Positions 53,401 to 64,000 of a stretch of DNA of 64,000 nt are shown here, one piece after another (the first letter of the stretch is position 1; every line of letters starts with the position of its first letter). This DNA is from Tubulanus polymorphus. Lineage: Eukaryota; Animalia; Nemertea. The notes beneath the pieces are model-generated. The model was not told the origin of the DNA. It ran no database searches and saw only the letters and a program-made list of their open reading frames with translations. The stretch spans positions 7,192,001-7,256,000 of the forward strand of contig NC_134025.1 in NCBI RefSeq assembly GCF_964204645.1, read 5' to 3'. The translations under genes and the position numbers were made by a program.

Positions 53401-56400
53401 CGGAAAGGAATTACAGCATTGGAGAGGAAGACCACTTGTCTCTTAGTTCATCGAATGTGCCAAGAAACTCTAAAAGTGATAAATATGAGTCCGCGAATGA
53501 ATATTTTTCTGGAAATTTTAGTGATCGATTGAGCGATTATGAAGATGTATGGACAAATTCACCATGTACGAGTGCCTCAAATCTGCATCAGTTATCAATA
53601 CCGAAAATAGAACTTAGTAAACCTGGCTCTGAGAGTTTGTCAAGCATATCTTGTAACGAACAGTCTCTCTCAAAAACAGGCAGTCTGTCATTCCTGAATG
53701 CTGTGTATAACGGGGATGATCATTCGAAGTTACAAAGAGCTGATAGTTTAGGTTTCATAAATCCTATGTTTGAGCAGTATACTGTTGATAGACGCGATGT
53801 CAAAAGAAATGAAAAAGAGGTAGCAAGTGTCATTGTGGATGTTTTTCCAAATGATGTTTCTGTGTGTCATTCTAAACATCTTAGAGTTTCTGTCAAGGAT
53901 GATGAATTATCAAGCTTGTCATATGAGATGAATTCAAGTCCAGAGATGTTGATGTTCGATGCACTTGAAAGTAGTCATTCAAGTGATTCAAAATGTCTTC
54001 CGCCCCCACCACCGAAAACGTGTAAGAACAGGACAAAATTACCTGATGTGCTCATGTGTTCATCAGAAAATATGTTCAGCCGTGATGAGCATTGTAATGA
54101 ACCACCTCCTGTGCCACCAAGACGAAGAAAACAAAGAAGAAGTTCTGTTCCAAATATACCGAAGAAAGAATGTCCAATACCAAACAGGACAAAATCTGTG
54201 TACGTTCCAACTACAGAAAAAGAGTCCCTTCCGTCATTTTCACCTGCTGAAGATAAAATATGCAGCGATGTTGCAACAGCGGTTGCAGATATTGAAAGTA
54301 GTTTACAGGACATAACGTTCGAACTGGAAAAACTTGATGCAGCGCAAAAGACTGAAACTGATGAAGATTATACCGAATTGCCAACATCTAGTCAACATGC
54401 GAATGTGGAAAGTATGAACGATGGATTGAAAAGTGATAATGACATGCTTCACAATACTCATAATGGCCATTTGAAACATTCTCTTATGAATAGTGCCCGA
54501 TTACAGAATCTCCATGCATTTGTGCCTATTCGAAACTCTGTGACATCCAACCGAACTTCGTTTTCAGAAACTTCAACAGTTGAAGATTTACTACGAATGA
54601 CATCACCCGGGTTAAGCGACAACGGTCACGAAATGGGCGATCATGTACCATCTTATGACAACTTGAACTGCACTATGCCTCCTCTTTCTGCGGCAAGTGT
54701 CAGCACTGTGTTTTGTAAGCCGTGGGATAGTAGTTTGTGGGAGAATTTACTCCAAAACACGACAAGTGGTTGTCGTTTATCTGTCCGTTCTTCCCAACTT
54801 CCTTTACCAAACAAAGATAAGATAAACGATTCGATGCTAGATTGGATCAATAAACCGGATGATGGTACATCAATTTACGGTGGACTGAAATCTGTTGATA
54901 ACATAAGTTGCATTTCATTAGCTGATAGTTGGACATATCAAGCAGCCGATATTGCGCCAGTTATACCGATAAAGTGTGCAAAGGCTACCACAATGCTGGC
55001 TACTGAACACCATAGTTACCATGCTTCACAAATTGAGAAGGATATTCAAAACGATACGCCGATTTGTATGAGAAAGAATCATCCCGTTAAAGAAGAAAAT
55101 GAGAATCGCGTTACAGAAAATTGTTCACCAACGATGGAGAATATTTCTAACTCCTGGGTGAATATATCTCTGGATAATCCAACAACACGACCAGTGACTA
55201 TTTCCAAATTTCCCACTGATTCTGTGACAGGGAGAAATAGTTTCTTTTCCAGTCTCAGTAAGTGTAAACCTTTCAATACATGAAATGTCTCTCATTCTAT
55301 GAAATTTTTTTAATTTCTCGCCAAAAATCTAATTTTCAGGTGCTCCACGACTTGTAAGCTTGAAGAATCGTGGAAAGGAACCAGGCATTAAGATCTGTTC
55401 TTTTATTCATAAGTAAGACGATATCGATTTTGAAATAACTTGCATATTCTTGACTCAAAATGTATAAGCTACATGCATCATTTGTATTCAGGTTGGCTAT
55501 GGATCATTGCACAACCTTTGGTGTAACCATTGACAATTTTATCCAATGCACAACAGAGAGCTGCGAGAAAAGTCCTCAGGTCGCAATGCGTAATGTAAGT
55601 CATTATAATTCCTGTAATATACAGTACCCTACCTTTAAGTTTCATTTAATTTGGCTTCATTTTATGCACAATTTCCATGTATGTTCACTACAGGTACGGC
55701 AGTTCATGAGTGGAATCAAGAATTATCTTACGAAACATGGTGAAGGAAATTTGGAAGATATAATTGAAGAAGAGCGTAATAAGGTTGATATATACTTAGC
55801 TCTCCAACAGTTTCCTTCACCAGAAATACACACAGTATATAGAGGGGTTTAATATGTGTTGATGATTTGCTTTGTTTACACAGTTACAATGTGACGAATT
55901 CTTGAACATCGACGCCATCATAGAAGGAGCACTTCACAAGTGCGTAATTAAACCACTCAAACAGCACTTGTACTCCTTATTTGTACACCACTATACAAAG
56001 TAAGTAGTGATAATATGATAATTTGCATATTTTGTACCATGGAAATGTTGCCATTAAACATATCTAGCTTTCATATTACTCAGTAGTGGCATTTTGTTGA
56101 TGTGTTTCAGGAATGGCAGTTTAGAATTATTGTCAAATAATATCAAATATGCACAGACGAAAACTCCTGAAGAATTAGGAGTTCGGGTGAGTTTTAAATA
56201 CATCTACTTGTATGACAATACGGCAGTTGAGAACATACTTTTCAAAGAATGAATTTTCTTTAATTCCAGCCAGGGTTGGTTCCTCCTCAGGGCACATCTC
56301 TAGATATTATCAATCATTTTCTGAAGAAGATGCAAAGAGCTTACTCTCCTTTGAAAAAGCTGGAAAACCTACTAGGTGCTACGGATTCGATTTACAAAGG

Positions 56401-57485
56401 GGTGAGTGGACCAACAATTCAATGATAATTATTCTCCTAGTAAAATGATTTATGACAATTTCTTAATTTTGTAAACTTAAGGTGCAAGAATTGGATGGAG
56501 ATCAGTTGAAGCCAGTTAGTTGCATGGGAGCAGATGGTAAGCAAGAGTGTTTCTATGATCTTACTACCCGTAGTTTTATCATCACTGATTTCTCTAGATT
56601 GAAATAACTTGATTCGTCATACAGATTTCTTGCCGATGTTGATATGTGTGCTAGTCAAATGTAATCTCGTCTGTGCTGAGGTTGAGGCTGATTATATGTG
56701 GGGTTTGTTACACCAGTCGCTACTCAATGGTGAAGGTGGATATTATTTAACGATGCTCAGCAGTGCTGTCCATGTTCTAAAAACTCTGCGTGAAGTCGAA
56801 GAGACTAATGCGAGCTTTGTTATGAGACAGGTAATTATCTAAAACATATCTTCAAACTTTAATTGTCATAAGGTATTCAATGACTTTCCTCATGATTTTA
56901 GCCAAGTGTTCAGAGTATAAGCGAGATGCAGGGCTTCTTGAAAGTATTGATACCAGATGAAGTGAATGACAGTATTCTATCTCATTCGTTACCGATTCGG
57001 CCGAACATGACGACGAAAGAAGTGTGTAAGTAGTACAAAATGAACTCTTTAAGATACAGAAAATTTGCCCTTAAGGTCATTATCAGTAATGCTCACCTTT
57101 CACCTTGTTTACAGGTAATATGATTGCACATAAATTTCGGATAACAAATCCTCAGGACTATGGTCTGTTTGAACTCATCAATAAACAAGGTAAAGTTATC
57201 GGTAGTAGCAATTTGAGGAACCAGTTCGCCATTCTGTCAGTAGAATTAATTCAAAGATAGCTACATGCTTAGTTTTAGTTGATTTAGATTTCAGATCTCT
57301 GGAACTGAGGTGAAACCAGACACGCCGATAGATAAACATTTGACATTTACTTCTTTTCAGAAACGCAATTACATGACACCCAGTTACCACTTACAATAAG
57401 ACTAGATCTTCAGTTGGAGGGCAAAGACTGTAGTTTTGCATACAAACGAATCAATGCAAAATTTGCCTGGCCATTGCATCTATAA
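50401..57485 (+). CDS. RIN2: Ras and Rab interactor (RIN2/RIN3 / Drosophila sprint-like) Rab5 GEF: SH2, Pro-rich linker, VPS9, RA domain; 18 exons, ~1480 aa
   Basis: Exons 50401-50508, 51347-51471, 51616-51766, 52001-52150, 52249-52430, 52617-52708, 52798-55257, 55340-55412, 55492-55594, 55694-55783, 55884-55999, 56111-56186, 56270-56401, 56482-56536, 56625-56830, 56902-57025, 57115-57189, 57361-57485; total 4443 nt in frame, ending in TAA. SH2: ERLIKTHPIWY...TFLVRQS...DELPIQLKLP. VPS9: YSPLKKLENLL, MGADDFLPML, GEGGYYLT. RA: LPIRPNMTTKEVCNMIAHKFRITNPQDYGLF. The first coding exon is the least certain part, and the symbol denotes the family rather than strict orthology. Confidence 0.92.
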
Positions 57486-57774
57486 TTCATCTGTGAAAAC
57501 GATTGTACCATGTAGAGATTGACAGAATCTGATTGATATACCGACCATGAAATGTGTATTTTGACAAACAATTGTTTTCTGATTAAGATTGATTGTACAT
57601 TTTGTGACTAATACATTTTAATGTAAAAAGCAGTTTATAAAATCGAAGTCTATCCTATTGTAATTAAGACCGACCAGTTATGTCCATTGTTTTTTTAAAT
57701 TTCAGTAGCCAGGCTACCAAATCCTCTGAATTGGCTTATCTTGTTCATGCAATTGTATTCATAATAGTATATTA

Positions 57775-57865
57775 AATAAAGCAAATCATGTAAATTAATG
57801 TTTACATTGCTTTGATGTAATTATGCTGTTCAGTATTATTATTGTTTTATACAGCTTCTAATAAA
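57775..57865 (+). terminator. Polyadenylation signals of the RIN gene
   Basis: AATAAA at 57775 and 57860, downstream of the stop at 57485. Confidence 0.5.
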
Positions 57866-58311
57866 CCAGTTATTAATACAAAATTGCATTCTTAAATGTG
57901 CCTTCTTTTTAGTTATGGTTTTTCCCCTCAAGACGTCATGGAAATGGGTCCAACCTACTTCCCTGGCCTGACTGTTGAACGACTGTCATTTCGAGGTAAT
58001 TAGATAGAGCTAAGGATGACTCCATGAGGTTAGAACTTCCACATTTCATTTTGCATTTCGGAAGGATGTTCTTATTGATAGTACAGAATGACTGACTCTT
58101 CGAGCAACTGATATTAGTTCCAGTACATCCCCATGTCCACGATTCATCTCAGTCTCCAGCTGTGGTTGGTTTCAGATACGGTACCCGGGTTTTGTTGCGG
58201 CCAGAGAACACCCAAGATGAAATGAGCAGTAAGATGATATGTAGACAGAACATTTCACATTCAGCGAAGCAGAATGTTACAGTACAGAAGTTGTCCTCAC
58301 ATAAACTCTTT

Positions 58312-58391
58312 AACAGCACTGGTTGTTCAGCTAATATGCAGGACCAATATCAACAGCACTGGTTGTTCAGCTAATATGCAGGACCAATATC
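58312..58391. repeat. Perfect 40-bp tandem duplication
   Basis: AACAGCACTGGTTGTTCAGCTAATATGCAGGACCAATATC occurs twice (58312-58351 and 58352-58391), between the convergent RIN and TMEM179 3' ends. Confidence 0.95.
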
Positions 58392-59240
58392 TCACCTTAG
58401 TGTTGACCAAAAAATGACCAGGACTGCGTGGAGTCATTGACCAGATTAGTCTGAATACCAGAAGTTCCCTGTCCTTTCTTTATAGGCAAGTCATTGGTTC
58501 CTCTGGTCCATCTCACAGTCTGTCCTTTGAGAATAGGGGTTTATTTATCTCCAAGTACTGTGGTTTACCACAGAGATTGAAAAGTCTAAGATACTAAAAG
58601 CAGTCTTTTTAGAAGTGCTGGGATCCAAAAGACCAAGAAACAATGAAAACAGATTATTCAAAATAGAATCTATTATATTTGCCATAAAGAAATAATTTCA
58701 ATACACAGCCGAAGTGGAAAGTTATCATATTTAAATCAATGTAAAGCACCATCTCAAACGTAAGTACCAGCGGCGTAATACTCAAAAAGTAAAATACAAT
58801 ACAAACACAAAATAAACACATCGTATTTACATAAGACTTAATTGCGACAGATAAATTACTTCAACACAGCTTCATTACAATGTCACTGGAAAATGAAGAT
58901 ACCTACAAAAATCAGCATAATTGAGGATAAAGTTATTATCAAAAATTCTAATCTAGTATTTATGAATTTTTGTTAATATACAAATGTTTAATCAATTCTC
59001 TTAAGCCTTTAATTCAGAAGATTGTCAACAGTTTTAAGAAATTGTTTCGACGTAATATTCTTCAATCATCACAATATTTTCAACAGGGATATCAAACAAC
59101 CGTATTATGAAATCTCATTAGCATTAACACGATTAATTCCTTGTTGTTAAAGGGTTGAATAGCAATTTTATGGATGGTCCCTATAAGTAAAATGATCTTT
59201 GACAGTTTCTTTGTCGCAAGTGTCCTAATTCAGTTCATTA

Positions 59241-61153
59241 TTAAATACTACTAGCGTCTGATCGATGCACAAGACGCTCTCTTTCATTTTGGACTGCTGT
59301 CTTCATATCTTCAATTTCAGAAAGTTTGTACATCTTAAAAACCCACATGATACTCAGAACAAGCCAACAAAACCAAACAGACCAAAGTCCAAACTGAAAA
59401 GAAAAAGTTTAAACTTGTAAACAAAAACAAGTAGGGAGATAACAAAATTCTATGAAAAATTATCTAAAAATTAATGAAATATTTATCATTTCAGTTTCTA
59501 AATTATTTTGTTAAGATTAGATGATACCTGAGCCATTCCAAATTGAGTGTAAAATTTTGATGAGATTATATTGCTGCCAACCATTAAATCAATTTGAGCA
59601 TCTTGACAGCTGAAACACCAAGAAAATCAGATCTTTATGCTATCATTGAGACCAAACAGCCATAAAGCTTCCTGACGATAAGAATTTGAGGATAGAATAT
59701 ATTCATGCATAAGTACACTTGCACACATAAAATACATTACAAAATGGATAAATTAAGATGGATATAACATTGACCTGATAAGTTCAATCTACTATAGCCA
59801 GTAATGCTCATAAACGCATTAATTTCAATGAATTTCAATTAGATACTGTGTAGATAGACTTGATGATGATAAGCACTATGAACTTGTGTGACTAAAACGA
59901 GGATGTAAGACTGATATGAATCAATACTCCACAGCTGGTTCAATAGCACATCGATGTATATAACAGCACAATGACAGTTCATGAGCGTGAAAATGTATAT
60001 GGCCTAGTGTGTGAGCATGAAAATTCATACTTACGACATATAATTCTGATTAAGTAGATGGCACCATGCTTGGAATCCGGTGGATATCGTAATAGCAGCG
60101 GCGAATGTCAGTATCGTAAAACCACAACTTAACAGCATATTACATAGACCTTCATTCCAACCACTGGAAGATTTTTAAAACTCTAAAATAAAGGCTCAAC
60201 GACCCATTATTGCCTAACATAAATATAGAAAGAACTTTTAATAAGAATAGAAAGAACAGGTCAATTTTTACCATATCGCGGACTTAACACTGATGATCGC
60301 TAATAGTATTTTAGCTGAAACGTTGCTCGAAATATAATCATTTTGATATAGAACTTTTCATTTTTTGCTAATTTATCGTGGGATTATCTTATCGCGGACT
60401 TGTTCCTGCATTTTGACAAGCTATTCACCTCCCTCGATTTAAGACTTATTTTCCGTTTAATTTTCAAGGTTATGCTTCCTGTTTGACTCATAGCAAAGAT
60501 CATGAATCTTCCTTATACCACATCAGATATACACACTATAGAATGAATTTTTGCTTTCTGTGTAAAAACCCTTTTTCTGATGAAAGGTTTTACATGTTAT
60601 TGTTGTATTTCCTTATATTTGTTAGTACCAGCAAGATGCTATATGATGCTATATAACAGGAGAATAGTTATGTACATCAACACTTAAAAAGGGGTACGAG
60701 TTGACCAGGTATGAGATGTCCGTAAATCATGTAGCCTCTACTAGAATTCCGGAGCGACACAACCTAGGCCTATAGGTCTACTGTAATAATAGTTAACTTA
60801 CTTAATTCATTATTACCACATCGTTTATTTTTTTGACAAGACATGTCATCTTACCGAAATACTTACATGTCGATTCCTTTACCTAGGTGAACAAATGAGA
60901 CAATTGTTGAGAGTAAACAGACAAACATTGTCGCCACTCCGACGAATAAACTGAAGTTACATCCAGTGGAAGTACCCCATTCAGTAATAACCAACGTTCC
61001 ATTGTTCAACCAGTTCCCTCGAGCATTTAACAAACAATGTCCATTGAAATCACTTTGGTTAACGGCCAATGGAATGAAAATGAAGAAAGCTAGCACAAAT
61101 GCCACCGAGTAAGTCACTGTCTTAATTAGAATCACTAAATTTCCTAATCCCAT
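59241..61153 (-). CDS. TMEM179: Transmembrane protein 179 (four-TM); 4 exons, 216 aa
   Basis: Exons 61153-60867, 60163-60035, 59609-59528, 59393-59241; total 651 nt with GT-AG introns. Family motifs: PLAVNQSDFNGHCLL, EWG...CNF, ISTGFQAWC, SCQDAQID, FYTQFGMAQFGLW, ERERL. Confidence 0.93.
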
Positions 61154-61185
61154 TTCTACAACTGTCTATTTGATTTTGACGTTAT

Positions 61186-61230
61186 ACTTCCTGGTTAATA
61201 GTTTCATCAATGACTACCAGATGGCAGCAT
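61186..61230 (-). promoter_or_regulatory. TMEM179 promoter region: ETS site and CTCF-like motif
   Basis: ACTTCCTGG (ETS on the minus strand) lies ~35 nt upstream of the ATG. TGACTACCAGATGGCAGCA (61211-61229) resembles the CTCF core. Confidence 0.4.
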
Positions 61231-61289
61231 AGGCTAACAGACCTGCCACTAAAAGAAAACATACTTTCATATTTTTTTTGTAAGAACGA

Positions 61290-61295
61290 TTTATT
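61290..61295 (-). terminator. Putative distal polyadenylation signal of the poly(A) polymerase gene
   Basis: Minus-strand AATAAA with a downstream U-rich element (TGTTTTCTTTT, ~61251-61261). A proximal AATAAA lies at 62834-62839. Confidence 0.45.
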
Positions 61296-62936
61296 TTCAT
61301 TTTTAATATAAATCAAATAATTTACACAAAATTATGAAATTTCTGACTGTGTATTTTCATATGTGAATGTACAGTATCATATTGGAGACCGCTTATTACT
61401 CCTTGGCAAATATATAACTATAATATGTTACACTTTGTATTTTGTTTAATGTTTGTTTGTTTACTATGCAATGAAGGATGACAATGATGATGATATGACA
61501 TTCCAAATAGAGCATCTCAATTTGCAAAATTCTAGCATGGTGCTGACTAATTAGGCTAAAAAAACAAAACAAAAGAGGATAGGGCCCAGAGGCTTCATAA
61601 ACCTTTGCAATTCAATAGCAATAGCAATTAAGTAGCAAAACAGGAAGCTGATAACTTCCACATCATACATTCAAATAGGTTTACGTATTTTAAAAGACAA
61701 ACAGTGCCTCCTGGTTTCTTTCTTAAAAGCTGGAAAATCATTAAAACTCACTTTCTCAGTCGGCCTACATCGATACCCAATGCCCAAAATGTATAATTAA
61801 CAGGAATATAGTGAGAGTGCAAACATGTGACCACACAGCACGACCCATAGGGCACAAAAATACATTATACTAATGTGGACATCAAAAGAAAGGATTGCTT
61901 CCTATCAGTACGAGCACATGGAAACCTGAATCGACACGCACAGTTCATGAATCGATTTTTCTTCGACTGTACGTGTATGTGGAATAAGCGAGTATTTCAC
62001 GATCCCCATTTTCTTCGAGAACATATTTCAACTTAAAATACACCGACACGAATAACACATTCGTTTCGAGTGCAAACTAAAAAGCTTTTCCTACTAAATG
62101 ATACTAAGATGTATGTTAATACTACTACACAAACACGTACAGAGAATTTTCCATTACATGTTTTGTTTTTTGCTTCTTACGCGCATCACGTTTATAAAGC
62201 CGCATTTCTATTAACACTATAATATGTTATAATAACAACAATACTAACCATTCAAATATTACAGTTTTAAAAACAATTCCGAGGATATGACGCGACAAAA
62301 GACAAACGTATCGGAAGAATTTATCAACGCCAAGAATATTAACATCTGCATTATCATCTCTTCTCTCAGTCACAGCATCGCAAACCATCCAAATATCCCG
62401 ACGGTAAACTCAAACATTTTGAAAAATCAGCACATTCAGTCTTTCTTACATTTTTGTGAAGAGATTAGAATAAAATCACGCACGACTCGAGTTACACCAT
62501 TTTACAAGGATATCTTGATATCAGTCATTTTATTTCTCCCATTTTAACATCACTCTTAACTACATGCACCCTACATACGTTTACATGCAAATCTTTTCAT
62601 CGACAGGTCAAAATTCCCACTCATGAAAGTATTACAAAACAACGATTATTCCCAGCATGTCGATTCATGAGAATCAATCTTGAAGCAAGTGTAGCTAAAA
62701 CAACTGAAAATATCATATTCTATGCATGATGAACACGCAGCATTTTTTAAAACCCAATCAACACCAAGACACCAAACTCGATATGACAAGTCAAGGTCTG
62801 CATTCTGTTTTTTTTTTTTACATTTTAAAATCATTTATTAAAGTACTAAATAAAGAGAGAACATGTTGAACACAATATTGTTGTTGTAGTAGTGCGACAG
62901 TATCGTATCATTAGTTTGAACAATAAATGACATTTC

Positions 62937-63310
62937 CTGAGAATATCAAGACAGAATTTTACAAAATGAATTACGAGTGTCGTTCTGTAATGAATCCGTA
63001 GGCTCCAATCACTGGATGCGTGTTTTGGTCAGAGATAAATACTTACCACACCACAGGAGCATTTAACTCACAGAGAATTTTCACACTGTATCAACAACTG
63101 AGTTTCCAGCATTGCTGCAATAGCCAACTGAAAATATCGTCGTATTCTACCCTACATATTTTGTATCAGCACCTGTTTAACCTGAAACAAAAAAATATCA
63201 ATATTTTTATGGAGGGAGTATAAGAGCTATGTACACTAAATATAGACATCTTCCTGCTTCCCACATATTTCGTATTCATACATTATTTCATAATAAACAT
63301 GATTACTTAC
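62937..63310 (-). other. Two putative 3'-UTR introns of the poly(A) polymerase gene (63310-63182 and 63046-62937) flanking a 135-nt non-coding exon
   Basis: On the minus strand there are GTAAGT donors at 63310 and 63046, and polypyrimidine acceptors ttttttgtttcag (63182) and tcttgatattctcag (62937). Intron sizes of 129 and 110 nt match other introns here. The middle exon has stops in all three frames. Confidence 0.65.
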
Positions 63311-63346
63311 ATAAACAAAGTTAACAACCCTAGCATGGGACAATCT

Positions 63347-64000
63347 TCATTTCAGCTTTAGTCGAATTGGTTTACTTCCTACTACAGTTATAGCCTGAGG
63401 GGCAGTGGTGGGACTGGACATATCTGGCAATTCATTACTGGGCATACGAGTCAACTGAAATGATCACAACATTTAACGTTGGACTGAATAATGGTGGTTT
63501 GATAAAAGCAAACTTGTTCCATTACTATTGATTTCAACAACTTACTTGTTTATGATCTAGCACTGCTTTAGCGGCCACAAAAGAGGACATATTCTCATCT
63601 ACTTGCATCGGTGAACCAGTGCTCTGAAAAAACAAGATTAAGAACTGTGAAACCGTCGATGAAAAGCGACATGAAACCTAAGTACAAGATGCTTACAGAG
63701 CCATCCTCTTTGTCACAGTAACGTTTCGGCGGGGTACCGTGATGACCACCGGGGGAATGTGGACGTTTTGGTAATTGTGAAGCATCATTGGATAGGTCAC
63801 TTTCCGACTAAAAAACATTCCACAAAACACGAATGAAGGTTTATGAAATATCTGAACGCCCTTGAGCAGTATAAATATCATCAAAAACCTTACTTGAACT
63901 GGTTCTAGAGATAATTTTCCATCGGTTTCGCCGTTAGCACAATTAGCGCCACCATCTACACTTAACACACTATCCATACTGTTCTCATTTTTCATAACTA
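63347..64000 (-). CDS. PAPOLA: Canonical nuclear poly(A) polymerase (PAPOLA/PAPOLG-like), C-terminal exons only; gene continues beyond the window
   Basis: Phase-0 exons >64000-63894, 63807-63697, 63623-63546, 63454-63347 (TGA). They translate to ...LPKRPHSPGGHHGTPPKR...LTRMPSNELPDMSSPTTAPQAITVVGSKPIRLKLK*, which matches the remembered vertebrate PAP tail (KRPHSP; LPSKELPD.SSP...IRL.L). The catalytic domain is not in the window. Confidence 0.8.

Noticed and set aside
52734-55283. 849-aa ORF as a standalone gene
   Set aside because: It is the large internal RIN exon (52798-55257) read through into the flanking introns.
58312-58391. CRISPR-like direct repeats
   Set aside because: There are only two abutting copies with no spacer, no cas genes, and the context is eukaryotic.

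Overview
This is AT-rich eukaryotic DNA from an invertebrate animal with short GT-AG introns (probably a lophotrochozoan; that part is inference). Nearly all ORFs in the six-frame track are spurious or are exon fragments. The first ~41.6 kb has no recognisable coding exon, keeps its CpGs, and carries only microsatellites and MITE/SINE remnants. The right third is a compact gene block that I reconstructed exon by exon. (1) A 12-exon, 371-aa PLP-dependent cysteine synthase of the fungal Cys1a/CysB type, with a mitochondrial presequence (41692-44302, +). (2) An 18-exon, ~1480-aa RIN/sprint-family Rab5 GEF (SH2, Pro-rich, VPS9, RA; 50401-57485, +), with a candidate alternative first exon and one 2460-nt symmetric exon. 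(3) A 4-exon TMEM179 (59241-61153, -). (4) The 3' end of canonical poly(A) polymerase (63347->64000, -), which appears to have two introns in its 3' UTR and tandem poly(A) signals. I found no prokaryotic systems, CRISPR arrays or confident RNA genes. All protein identities come from remembered family motifs, not from a database search.
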